From positions 1-64,000 of the forward strand of contig NMRA01000484.1 in assembly GCA_002633005.1 (NCBI GenBank): 64,000 nt of DNA, read 5' to 3'. Positions 25,731 to 38,518 of this stretch are shown one piece after another (positions within the stretch are counted from its first letter, which is position 1; each line of letters opens with the position of its first letter). The stretch comes from Phoronis australis. Lineage: Eukaryota; Animalia; Phoronida. The translations under genes and the position numbers were made by a program. The notes beneath the pieces were generated by a model. The model ran no database searches and had not been told where the DNA came from. It saw only the letters and a list, made by a program, of their open reading frames with translations.

Positions 25731-27292
25731 ATAGAACACTAGTGTCGTTCACTTCGCGACATGCAGCACTGAGCATTGCAGCTATAGTAGGACCTTTCTC
25801 GAGGTGCGACGATTACTCCAATTGCAATCTAATTGCGATGCGATATCTATATGCCAAAACCCATTTAGAATAGAGTCTGAGCTCCATTTTGGTCGTTAGG
25901 TGTCTTACAAAGTTATTATTTGTCACTAGTTTGAATAGTACTGGTTGAGATCCGAATTCCGCCGGGGGAAACAGCCGCTCACTAGGAACGCCCCTTAGGT
26001 TGGAATCTTCTCATATTTGGCAATTATGTTGATAAAACTGCCGTGAGCGAGAAAAAAATTAGAATACAATAATTTTCCAAACAAGAACAGAATTGAAAAT
26101 AACTCAAATCCCTCTTGCTGAAAGAATGCCACCGTCCCTAGCTAGGAAACCAAAGCAACAGTGGCCACGACATGACCACGTGATTGGTGACTTTGGGGAT
26201 AGGGTAAAGTACCCATCCTTTTGCTAACATCAGGAAAACCCGCACCGCCGCTTTCGGGAGCATTTAGCTCTATCGTGGATTCGGGTGGCACGGTCCCACC
26301 CCCAAAAATGCAGGCGTCAGGGTCAAACCTTACCATCACACAAGTAGGTGTGGGCTTCAGTTTAGTAGTGGGGACACTCAGTAGAGAAAAGAGAACTAAT
26401 GCCAATACGGATGACAACTCAGTATCAGTGTATGATTTACCGCTCCAGGACATTGTTGTTAGCGTCTCCGTTTTTGCAGCATAGGTCGTCGAAACGCACT
26501 TGAAAACCTGCATTTAATCATTCACACTTGAATGTATTTTGAAAAGTTTTGAAGCGAAGCTTTTACGGAGCACATTAATTCATTGGATTTTAAATTCAAA
26601 AAGGCAATTTTGCGAATGCAAAACTCTGTTTTTCCAGAGGCCCCTCTGTCAAGGGATAACAGAGACAGCTGTAGCTCTATTTTTTTCTTTTTTTGAAATG
26701 AATATCACTTGAGATAAATTGATGACCTGACAGATAACTTCAATTGCTGCGCATTTTCTGATTTTTGAAAATATAGATCGTTTAGGAGCCCAGCTGTGAA
26801 GGGGGCCGAAAAGTTCAAGTGACCTCCCTATTCGTGCTTTTATTGACATAGATGTATTCTTGAGGGGTCACTCACGGAAAGAATGCCAATTGTTGGAACC
26901 GATTATACCCCTATTTTCTTGTGTTTTTTTTGTGAAATCGTAGGACAGGTGTCGCGTGAAATTTCTTCCCCGTGAAATTTCTTCCCACTCTGACCCTTTT
27001 GCGCATGCGCGGAATTGAGGGGAAGTTATTTCACATCTAAGGCAGAGACCGTAGAAAGGGAGACGTTTCACCTAGCGAAATCCTATTGGACGGCCACTGG
27101 TGGCCATTGTTGGTTCATGGACCGTAGAGACGTCTAGCGGGTGTGTGTGCGAAAAAAGGAACTGATATGGCTGATACTTGTGATCAGTGGTCACAGAGAC
27201 AAGATATTTTATCTGATCATGTAGTTCATATAGATTTCCCATAGTTAATACTTCTGAGGGTAGTGCTGTGTCAAGTAACTTCAAAACAAGAT

Positions 27293-27810
27293 ATGGCGGC
27301 TGCAGTTCCTAAAAAGAGGATCAAAGGAGCTTTTTGCGCTGCAGCAACAGTCACTTGAAAAATCGGGACTTGCACTTCTCCCCAATTATGAAGACAGGTG
27401 AGATATGCGAGTGATAAAAAGAATTCTTATTGTGAAAATGCTGCCAGTCAACCATTGATGTTGGCAGAGCGATTTGAACTTGTCTTACCTTTAAGTTTCA
27501 AGGTTTTTATTTGATTACTCAAAGCAAAATTGTTGTAATCAGATACATGGCCGGGATTATGGGTACTTGATCCCAATGAATTACGCTATTCAGTGATAGT
27601 AACTGGTTCTCAAATGAATTTTGAGTGAGGGACCCACCTCTCAAACTATAACCGAAGTTGTCCTGCATATGCTTCATGACTTAGGGCCTGCTGATAACTG
27701 TGTTTCTATTCTATGATTGGATCATTTCTTCAATTCACTTTGTGTTTATACATTCAGATCCAAGAGATAGGTGATCAACAGCAAATGTGTGGATCTTAAT
27801 CCTAAGGAGA
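27293..27810 (+). pseudogene. THAP-domain relic copy 1, split by an intron
   Basis: MAAAVPKKRIKGAFCA..(C)SNS..KNRDLHF, donor ag|gtgag at ~27398, acceptor ttcag| at 27757, then SKR*VINS; frameshifted. Confidence 0.55.
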
Positions 27811-28681
27811 AATGCTGTGATGTTAACTTAGTCCAGTAGACTTGTATGGGTTTAGGTCTTTACTGTGATGGGCCTTCATTGTACTTTGAAGGACCTATAG
27901 TCCGAAGGGTCATTACTTGAAAAATATATCAATCAGGCGTTATTCCAAAGCAACATTACTCCGAAGGGTGATTACTTAGCTGTATTAATAGGAAAGAGTG
28001 AGTGACGCTGCATAGACAATATTGCTGATGCCACTTGTTTTTCCTGCTTGTTGTATTTGTTATAATGTAAATGATACTTTTCACAGCTACGCCCAGTGAA
28101 ACACTCCCATCTGCTGAGCACCATACAGTGCTGCTTTAGTAAAGGTCATAGGTGAGGTAATAGGACATAATTGATAATGACCACAATTTCATCCTCCATG
28201 CCTGATGGTTTTGTTATACCTATTGTATTGCTACCTGAAACTAACCTCTCTACTTACTATAGTTACAAAAAAGCGGACTCTGTTGTTTTTGATTTCATGA
28301 CTTGGATGTATACTTTTATTGATTTGAAATGGTATTTTAAGTATTTGTTTGGTTTAACACTCTTGGGATTTTTAAAGCCCTTTGATTAAAAAATATGCTG
28401 AAAATCAGAGGATGAGTCTTAAGCCAGGCTGTTTGTTAAAAATGTGGGTGTGGACAAGTAGACAGTTGTAGGTAGTTAACATGTGTAGATACCTTAAATG
28501 TATTTTTGTATTCATTCATTTCAGAAAGTTGTAGACTTGCATGAGAAAGTAAGTCAAGCGGGGATACCGAAAAGTCTGCACCCAGGGATCCCTATTGTGC
28601 CTGTAACTGTAGAGGGACTTGTCTGTGGTGCTGTCGGATTAGGCATGGCGCCAGTAACTGCAGCATCTTTGGTGCTACCAT

Positions 28682-29170
28682 CGGAGACCGTAGATAGGGA
28701 GACAGTCCACCCAGCGAAATCCCATCGGACGGCCACTGGCGGACATTGTTGTTTCATGGACCGTAGAGACGTCTAGCGAGTGTGCGTGCAATAAACAAAT
28801 GTGGCAAGATATCACGGCTCCCGTCAGTAAAAAAGCAATGGTGCTTTTTGCACTGCCTACGGCTGCAGCAACAGTTAATTGAAAATTCGTGACTAAAGCT
28901 TTTTTGCTTCTTCAATGATTAAGATAGGTGATGTTCATGCTTGAAACAGAGGGTATTTCTGCGTGAAACTGTTGCCAGTCATTCAGTGATGGACTGGTTG
29001 ATTTGAACTTAATGTCTTTGCTGTTTCTTGAATTTGATTGCTGATATAGAAAATTATCATAAATTGTTTGCATGATTTTTAGAACTACAGATTAGTATAT
29101 TATAAGACTATTGATGCTTGTATTTTTCATTTCGTTATGCAGTCTTAATACATTCAGATCTAAAAGATAA
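28682..29170 (+). pseudogene. Second copy of left TIR plus THAP relic (GAFCTAYGCSNS*LKIRD*SFF)
   Basis: 28682-28790 repeats 27043-27151; the C-x3-C-SN..FF pattern is the THAP N-terminal signature; in-frame stops. Confidence 0.6.
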
Positions 29171-29171
29171 A

Positions 29172-29987
29172 TATAGATTATTACATGGCGAAGTCGTTAT
29201 CCCCCGTTATCTAGAGCCCGAGTGGATTTTGGAGAATTATCGCCCGAGGGGCGTCAGAGAACATGTAATAATCTATTTATACCACATACTAAACGAGAAA
29301 CATTGCAATGAATCGATCTACCTTTCTCGACTCGCCTCGGCTTTGTAACTACTTTCTATGTCAGAGGCCCGGGGTCGGAGGTCGTGACCTTTAAGAAAAG
29401 CCGAGCTATTTTTCTCAAATAATGCTTATACTCAAAACCAATTGGAAATTAAAACAAAATAGAAATGAAGTGAATCTCTAAATTAAGGTTAAGCAACTAT
29501 TATAGCTTAAAACACGTTTTTTACACGCAAAGCTTCCACCGGGAAATTATCGTCTGCTAAAGTAGGTTACCACTGGTAACTTAATATAATTCTCAAGTCA
29601 AAGATGCTGACGACAAGATACCCGCATTCAAACTGGAGATCGGTGATTTACAAGTAAGAGGACATGAGAGAAAGAAAAATTTCACTGAATTAAGATATCA
29701 TTTTTATGGAAATTATGTGTCTTATTTTTCGTAGCGTACAAGTACATTACAATGCGGTTTGTTGAACGTGCGATTATTGCGCGTGCTCATTTATGTATTC
29801 TATGTTCACTCTTGATGACATCAGTCGCTGCGTGATGTAGTGGTAAAGTCGGCGATCAGCAATATCAAGGTCCAGGGTTCGACTCCGTCCTCGGTTTCCC
29901 GCCAAATCGTTATCTCACTAGTGAGATAACTTTATGGGTTATTACACGGTTTTATCTGCCATTTGACGCTAATATTGTGGTATAATT
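29172..29987. mobile_element. Non-autonomous element with interlocking inverted repeats and an internal tRNA-like A/B-box
   Basis: TAGATTATTACATG / CATGTAATAATCTA (29173, 29262); TTATACCACA / TGTGGTATAA (29277, 29976); palindrome GTTATCTCACTAGTGAGATAAC at 29909; TGATGTAGTGG..GGTTCGACTCC at 29833-29886. Confidence 0.55.
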
Positions 29988-30697
29988 ATATTTACTAATT
30001 TTATTATTGTTTTTAATCATATATTTGTTTTTGTATCTATGATTGATTATTTATTATTATCATTTATTTTTGTTTATTTGCTATTACTTATTTAAATTAT
30101 TTCTTGTCTTGGTGATCCCATACAGTCAGCATCCTGGCTGTCGTTGATCAATAATCTATATAATATGATCATGATATGGACTTCAGTGCATAATAAATAT
30201 TACTTTTATGGTTTGGTAACCTACTTGATTATTTGCCATAGGAAGTGGTGAAGGAAGTGTTCTTTTAAAGGCACATTGAGCCATACATCTGTGAGCACTT
30301 CGGTAGTATGTGTAGTACCTTGGAAACTTATTACACTCCAGTGAAGATGTCGTTTGTTTAGATTTTTGTTTTGACATGCATCTTAAAACATCAAGTCAGG
30401 GAATAAGGCGTCGTTATGTTATTTACTTTGAAGTTGGCCTGCCGAACTAACTGCTGATAGGAATGATTTACGAGAGCTGGAAAGCATCGTAAAAAATACC
30501 AGAAATGGACTGCGCATACTATTGGCATCTTGGCTGTTTTATGGGGGCATACAAGACAGGTTTACTGGACTTCTGGCAGGAATTCCATCTCTTGCTGGTT
30601 TGGAACCCCTACCCTCTTGCCTCCAGTTTCATTCACCACAATTCACCCCAATTCGCTACCCATTTCAGATACCATCGGGCACGGATGCTTGGGGTGC

Positions 30698-31191
30698 AGT
30701 GAATCAGTCCCAAATAGCGACTCCACTGTTCCCTAAAACTACTACGTTTTGGGGAGTTTTCTACATTGAATTCTCAACATCATTGAAAATAAGTAGGGAT
30801 CTTTTCGTGCAATGCGCCTAATTTAAGGACTAAGTCCCTAAATGTTTTGACTGAATTAAGAGATCAGATTTTAGTTATATTATTATAAAACGTCATAAGT
30901 CAAAAGAGCAGCTCATAATAAAGATAAAATGATAGAAAAATATAAAAACTGTGAGCAAAAAACAAAAAGATGCCTAAAAGATTTACAAACTCAGTTGAGT
31001 ACAGGCGGATCCAGGGTGGGGGGGTCAACGGGGTCTCGACCCCCATTTTCCTTGATTGTAGTGATATTAATGCTAGAATTTTCAAATTATTGACTTGCCC
31101 ACCTTTCTTAAAAAATCATTATCCGACCCCTCCCCCCCTTTAAAAAATCCTAGATATGACCCTGTTGGGTCGATATTTGGGACAGTTTCAT
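30698..31191. mobile_element. MITE (TIR ~CATGAAACAGTCCCAAA) carrying a nested CAGG(G)CGGATCC-type mini-element at ~31001-31164
   Basis: Homologous to 57878-58289, which lacks the nested insert. Confidence 0.65.
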
Positions 31192-34100
31192 GTTAATGGG
31201 CACAGACACAATTGCTTGAATCTAGAACGTCTTTAAGGTGTGAATTTTCGAAAGAAAGATCTACTTATTTTTCCTTTTTATTTTTAAACAAAGTTTGTGT
31301 GTTGAAAGCTTACATAATTAATTGTTAATTAATTGATATTAACACCTGGAATATTGGGGGAAGAAAGCTATCTCTGCCCCCAACCTTTCAATTGGTTGAG
31401 GGACAACCCCCACTCCTATCTCTTCTTCAGCAGTTCCTGACCCCCCTGGACAAAATCCTACAGGTTTGGTACCTGCACATTCTCTAATAAACTACGTTCA
31501 TATGCTCAGCTCTTATTACTGAGTCTCCGGCCTCCTGCTTATGATGTATTTCTCGTAATTTATATTACTTTTGCTGCCCAAAATTTTTCTTGGTTTACTC
31601 TATATTTTGCCATGTGTATTTTTCCTTGAGAGTGCTCGTGTTTTTTGTTTTCAATATTTTAAACAAAGACACTTCACTGACAATTTTGAATTTGACAAAC
31701 TACTATCGGCCATAGTCAATGTCTTGCGTACTTCGTCGGCCCACACACACCCGTTAGGTGTCGCCACGGTCCATGACACAATAATGGCGGCGGCCTTGGT
31801 GAATAGTCTTGTTAGCGTCTGTGTCTAAGGCATGAAATTTCTTCCCCTGTGAAATTTCTTCCCAAACGAAGACGGCAAAGCACAGCTGTAAAATAAGCCT
31901 CAAAATAGAAATTCATTACGTGTGTGATAATGTAACGATTTTAGTCAATTGCCATTGTTATGTTAGACATTGGTAAATGAATTGTAATTAGATTTACTTC
32001 AAATCAGTCGCCGGTCAGTAGGCTTGCGCACAGTAGACTCTATTCACGCGGCGGCCATTAAAATCCAAAGCGAGGCTCACTGCGATAAACAAAGCGAAAG
32101 TAGACATTGCGTGAGTTAAATAGCCGGTCTTTCGAGTCCAACCTGGATATTGAAATTTAATGATGTGTCGACAATTAACCACAGAGACGTAGAAAATTAC
32201 ATTAGAGAACAAGTTAAGGCGCCAAAGAGCTGTCTGACGAAAGGGTTTGATTTTTTTCGGAAAACTAGGTTCGAAACATGAAAAGTAAATATGATCAAAA
32301 TGCGGCGATCGTAGTGTTACGGATTACGTGTAGGTATTATGCTGAATGCAGGGTTACGTTTTTTTCTTGTAAAGTGTTGATGAAAATACTTTCTACGCGG
32401 ACCAGGTAATCTGCTCGTCTTGTTGACGAGTTGAAGACATATTTGACAGTGGTGGCTGTCATGTGCAATTAGTCACATCCGGTTTAATTTGTTGATCAAG
32501 AATATTAACATCAAGCATAGCCTGATCCTATGCACTCACTGGGACTAACGGTTGATTTGTCATTGATCTGAAAGAATAATTGATGTTATTAAATATATAC
32601 AGTATTTTATTAAAATAATAAATCAGGCTCGTAATTGAAAATAAAAATTATTTGACCATCAATTCTGCTTTCTTGATTGTAATAATTCTTACGTCTATTT
32701 CATGTGATTTCAAATATCAATCTGGATCAAGTTGAATTTTAAAATTAAAACACCTAATTCGTTCGTCCAAAACATAACCTCGTTTTAGAACTCAATTTCA
32801 GTTAACTGGACAATGCAATCATAGTTATCATGTTTCTGCAGGAATGAACCTCGTTCACCTGAGGGGAAAGGTGCCAGTGCCTACTGAGAGGCGATTTTTT
32901 CGCCGAGTGAGGGCAGGAACAATCTACCTCCCGATCACCATCAATAGCACCCCCCCCCCCGTTGCAAGCTCTCATAGGCTCTGTCTCCATTTAAAGTAGC
33001 CTTTTGTGCTCTTAAAAATTGTCACCTGTGTGGTTACAGGTGATGTGAACTCAGAGAGATTTTTCACTAGGGGAATTTTTATGCCTCGTGGGGGGAATTT
33101 CGCGTGATATTTCAATATTTTTGAGNNNNNNNNNNNNNNNNNNNNNNNNNNNNNNNNNNNNNNNNNNNNNNNNNNNNNNNNNNNNNNNNCCCCCCTAAGT
33201 CCGTAGTCATGAAAATACAGCCTGGCTAGCCCATTCTCCGGTCGTTACTATGATGCTTGACAACTGACCGAGATGCGACAAAATATGATCTAACTTTTCG
33301 AACATTTATTTTACTAACACCAACATATTTTGCTTCGTCGCGGCGTATGGCAACGACCCAACGCTTCCGAATCTCAACGTCTTTAGAGATTGCAAAGCAG
33401 ACGGTTGCGTGTCCGTATTTTTTCTAGCCGTTCGCGGAACAACACGGACTGAAACACAGACTCCTACGCCGATAAGCTAACAGAGCTATCGTAGCGAGCC
33501 TCGTTTTGGAACGCGCCTCCTGTCGGCGTGAATAGGGTCTATGGCCTACAAAAACTTTGCGGGTTGTGATCATGCTTTTGTTTGTTTTATTGTACTCTGT
33601 AAACTCTGTTATGAGCTAATATCATTACTTATGTTAATAAACCTGTCACCCTCTGTGTGGCTCTGTCTGTCTCTTTCTCTCTACTTGCGGCGAGGAATCC
33701 CGTTAGCTAGGTAGGTTCGTGCCCCTGACTGCCGTGGAGTGCATCCGGACCGGGGAGTCCTCTGTTGAAAGGCAAATTAGTAAAAAGCTCTTTCAAAAAA
33801 GTGACATTCTGTAGACTATATACTTATAATTGATTCATAACATTAAAATATTTCTGAATTTCATTTCCTGTCCTGGGCGTCGCCCGACCTTAGGCCCGTC
33901 GCGGTGAAGACGCTCTTTGTCGTCACTCCGATCTGAGTGTTTTTTTTCGCTTGTACTGAATTTCCTTTAAGAATATGTCAGAAATACTCGAATGGGTAAA
34001 ATACTCGGTTGAGTATATTCCCAGTAAGGCATTATCATTCGTTGTGGTACGTAATAAGTTAAAATAATCGACGCCCACCTGTATGACCGAAGGCGATGAT

Positions 34101-34208
34101 CCCGGATAAAATAGGTGTCCTGTGTGAAATAGCGCTCCTACATCATCAAACGCATCTTTCAGAAGTCTTACAAAAATGTACACCAAAAGAAAACACAGAA
34201 ATTGGAAA

Positions 34209-35822
34209 CCTTGTTTTTTCCAGGAAATTCAGTTCATAAGATTCGGAATAAGGTAAATTTTCAAAATCGGTTTAGGAAAGCTCCAGCAAGCAAAATAATT
34301 AGCGAGAATCAGGAAAGTATTAAAAACTCTTTGATCATTTTACAAAATCACACGCCGTGGGAAAAATGGACCATCACAGCTACTATGGGTAAAAATTGTA
34401 GTAAAATATTTACACTTTCTTGCTAAGGAAACTGAATTCGCTGATTAAAAATCTTTGAATGCGCCCTGAGCGCGTGGAGAGCTCCGAAAATGGAAGCCTG
34501 AGATCAATCATTGACAAACAAGACTATTTTAAGTCTGTTATATTCCATAGTGTTGTATATCAAGGAACTTGCAAATATATATGTAGTAGGAATGCGGGAA
34601 CAAGACGAACGAGTATCCTGCGTGAATTGAAATAAGGTGCATATCAAACCATAGAACAAAAAGTTTTCAATTCGTAGGCCGACCAAAAATGTCTTGACAA
34701 TTCGCAAAAACTAAAAATGTCGAAGAAAATTATTTCTTGACCAAAGAAATTGAAGGCCTTCGTATCTTTAGCAAAACTTGCGAATTTAGTACCCTATTTT
34801 TAATTAAACGTTTTTGCAAAATCGCAAAAATGTCACACTGAAATGTGACTTTATTCTGGCTGGCACCAGAAAGACTGGAACTGACGTTTGTTTTTTTTTC
34901 ATACAACGAAGGCATAGGGACCTAGTCTTTATGTATATACGGGTGTGTGTGTGTGAGTGTATATTTAAACACTGCACTATTACAGACTCCTAAATTAGTG
35001 ATATTCCATCGATTTTGGCTTAATATTCAATGTTTCTCACTTATTTTTGGGTTACCAATCCAGTTCAAACATATCCTTCAAGGAATTATCTCAGTGCATT
35101 GTGAAAATAACTGATTTTTCTATAGCCCAGAATTCTTTGTAGGCCCATAAACGAAATGGACCCTACCTAGAAATGGTGTGTGACATAATTGAAGTTGAAG
35201 AATTATTACCCCCTCAATTTTCTGTGTGGCTTGATTCGCCAAATAATCCCAATCAATAATTTTTATGAGCTATAAGTTTATTGGTCAGCAGTGAAACATG
35301 CTAAGACAAGTTTTCTTTTATTGAGAAATCAGTAAATATTTTACAAGAAAACAGGTGTTCTATAACTTGATAAAATACGAAAGCTAAAAACCTAGCATAA
35401 ATGGAGCCACAGCTAGAATTCGTAAACATTTTTGTACAAACTTAGACCAAAATCGCTTTCAAAATCTTCAATTTTTGAGCTCATCTACGAAAGTTGGTAC
35501 ATATTCATAATGTCTAATGTAACTCTTAGAGACAAAACAAATGGTCTTTAACTTGGTTAACTTTGAGAAGCAAAAAGCTAACATGACTGGGGCCAATAAT
35601 GAAATTCGCACAAATTTTACTACACATTCAAGACCAATAAACTTATAGCTTTATAAAAGTTTTGATTGGGATTCTTTGGCGAATCAAGTTAACCTCCACA
35701 CAGAAAATTGAGGGGGTAATAATTCTTCAACAATTATGTCACACAACATTTCTAGGTAAGGTCCATTTCGTTTCCACTTTTTCCGAATCTTATGAACTGA
35801 ATTTCTTGGAAAAAACAAGGCT
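34209..35822. repeat. Nested inverted repeats: outer ~45-bp pair (34209-34253 / 35778-35822) and inner ~140-bp pair (35149-35286 / 35632-35773); MITE relics
   Basis: Reverse-complement matches read directly. Confidence 0.75.
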
Positions 35823-35832
35823 TTTGTGTTGA

Positions 35833-36330
35833 AGGAAGTCACTTTTTGCAGGGTCACATGAATATAGAATAAAATGTCACTGCCTTTCCAAGCTGAATGG
35901 CGTTTAGCGTTTCATCTTATGGTGACTCCCATTTTAGACGTTACCCTCTCTCGGTGGCGCGTTTCGGGCCCGGGGGGGAATTGTCCCTTTGCTCCTCTAT
36001 AAACCTTCTACATGACACTGCCAAGTAGCCTATTTACGAGGAGAAGCTGAGATTACAAATTCATCAAAAACCCAAAATATTTGTGCACAGCACAACAGTA
36101 TCAAGATATTCGACCCGAACAACCAAAAAATATGAAAAAATGAAATAGGATTGACCGCCTTCGAAAAGGTGGAATTTTCAAGAACGTAAAGACCACCAAA
36201 GGACTATTTCAGATGGTTCGTTATGAAATATTACTTTTTCCCATAGTATCGCAAGAAAAGTACTTCTTTTGAAGATCCTTACTAGGAGTTGTTTATAAGG
36301 AATTTGCACATGACCGTGTACTCCATGTAT
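35833..36330 (+). mobile_element. Diverged partial copy of the long-TIR element at 53339-56962
   Basis: Colinear similarity to 53830-54265 (GGAATTGTCCCTTTG, ACACTGCCAAGTA, ACTAGGAGTTGT). Confidence 0.65.
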
Positions 36331-36967
36331 ATCAAGCGGGAGTTCTTGTAACGGTGGCGATAGAAACTGAGCGAGGGGGTGGAAGTAGTTTGGCGAAGTC
36401 AAATTTGTTTGCGAATAGTGGCTTCTGGGATAGCACTGAAGATTTGTCAGTTCATAATGACCAAGATCGTTACCTGAAATGACAAGCCAAGTTGACGAGC
36501 CTAGTTTCAAGCAATAAAGAATTGTCAGTTCTCTCGAAGCACTGAAACTTTCTCAGTTGACTAAAGAACAGTTTGCAACTGACGTCTTAACGGTAGGAGA
36601 TCTGAATCGAAAGTTTTAAGGCAGAAGTTTGGTATATTGCCGATGTAGTAAACACGCCTTTGGACTGCATTTCCGTGACCTGTATTTGGTTGTCTCTAAG
36701 AGTGCTACCATGCACTGGGCCTTTGCTAACACCCCCCTTCTCAGAGGAACTGGTGTCGCATCGAAGGAAGCTAGTGAAGTTTCAGGACGTTGTCGCCTTC
36801 GGCCTGCGCTAAGAGAAAAACAAATGTGCTTGACTCTTTGCTTCATCTCCACTGTGCACGTCTGCAAATTCATTGAGGGCCTCACTGTGCCACCTCAGGA
36901 TATCTTTTAAATTGGAAAAGGCGTCTTGCAGAGATTCCACTTGTGCATGAATGCTACATCTGGCGTG

Positions 36968-37108
36968 CGTTCAGTAGTCGCTAGGACCTACGCTAGGACC
37001 TAACTAAAAGCTAGTCAAAGTCACGTGTTCTCATTCAAAATGCACGGCAATATCTCACGTAATCTCGCGAAGTCTTGCCTTTTAGCGAGGTCCTAGCGTT
37101 ACTGAACG
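36968..37108. mobile_element. Small MITE, TIR CGTTCAGTA..CGCTAGGACCT
   Basis: Inverted ends read directly. Confidence 0.6.
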
Positions 37109-38518
37109 GGAGGCTGCTGTCTTTCCTTCAAAAGCTTTCACTTTATTCAATATATTGACCCGCTTAATCATGTTAAATAATTACTTAAAATTCGAATCGT
37201 AAACCCGATAACTGAGAAATGATCTGGGTTCTGCGCAGTCAAACAAAATTACGAAAACTGATTTTCTTTTGTCTGCACAGAGGACACCCACTTGCGACTA
37301 AAAGCACATGATCCGAAATTCAAAACACTTGATTTCGTTTTACCTTAAAAAGTAGTTCTTCGAATAAATGCACATGGGCCTAAATACACCCTCGTGTTCA
37401 TAACAAAATGGCGCCTTTGAAATGCGTCAGTTGACACCAAAGAAATACCCGGTTTTTCCTTGCAATATGTATTAAAAATTCAGCAATATAAAACAATTGC
37501 GATTGCACTGCAAAATCAACCTAAAAATGAATCGTTACATGAGAAGTCTAATATCAAATGACCGAATTACAGCGAATCAGGCAAAACTANNNNNNNNNNN
37601 NNNNNNNNNNNNNNNNNNNNNNNNNNNNNNNNNNNNNNNNNNNNNNNNNNNNNNNNNNNNNNNNNNNNNNNNNNNNNNNNNNNNNNNNNNNNNNNNNNNN
37701 NNNNNNNNNATATACTGACCACATCGCCACCACTGACACACACCTTTGTACATCGGATTTGTTTCGGCTTAAGCCACTGTATTGGGGTTTTCTTGGTCTT
37801 ATTCACTCCCACCACTGTCCGTTTTAATAAAATGCAACTACTAAAATCCGTGGTCGCCACACTTCGCAATTTGTAAACTGAAAGGGGTTTCCCAACTTTC
37901 AACCAATGGGAATGGCTGAATGTTATGACGTCAGTTTCATTACTTTAACCAATGGGAGGCCATATTAAACAACATTCTACAGTGCTAACTTTCGTTTAGC
38001 ACTGTGATAGAGTGTAATAACTATGCTGCTATTGGGCAAGCAGACGACATAAAGGGTCGGAACCGAAGTTTGAATTTTGAAATAAGTTACCAGTAGCATT
38101 GCCAAAAGTACTCACGATACCAACACTTCTACTATTGAAAGACTTTGAAAAGCGTTTCAATACCGTTGTGAATCTGTTGTCTATAATCTATGGTAAAATG
38201 TAACAATGGTACATTTCTCGCATGTGCATTCGAGGTAAATTGTAACAATCACATAAAATGTTACATTTTATATGTTTGTTACAATTTACTTAACAACTTG
38301 TTACATTTTAAGGGAGGCCTTGCAACGTAAAATGTAACAATGACAGAAAATGTACTTACGAAATTGTTACGTTTTACGGCGTATCAGGGCGCAGCCGTGA
38401 TGTGATGGCTAAGCTTGCCTGATGCAACCAAAGCTAGACATATTCTGTGTACATGTAGTTGGGCAATTGACGGGCAGTGGTGTCGTTTAAGTAGCCGACA
38501 GTCGTCGACTGTTGCAAT

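Larger units (their letters stand above)
27043..31823 (+). mobile_element. Decayed P-superfamily-like DNA transposon (~4.8 kb) with nested insertions
   Basis: Termini CAGAGAC / GTCTGTG; diverged ~100-bp TIR (CATGGACCGT..CTAGCGGGTGTGTGTG vs 31742-31775); exact 7-bp TSD TCTAAGG at 27036-27042 and 31824-31830; THAP relic just inside the left end. Confidence 0.7.

Noticed and set aside
29826-29895. Possible tRNA gene
   Set aside because: Acceptor stem does not pair and it lies inside a repeat element
33190-33780. Possible solo LTR (AATAAA followed by a CT-rich tract)
   Set aside because: No TG...CA ends, TSD or second copy identifiable, and the left side is cut by a gap
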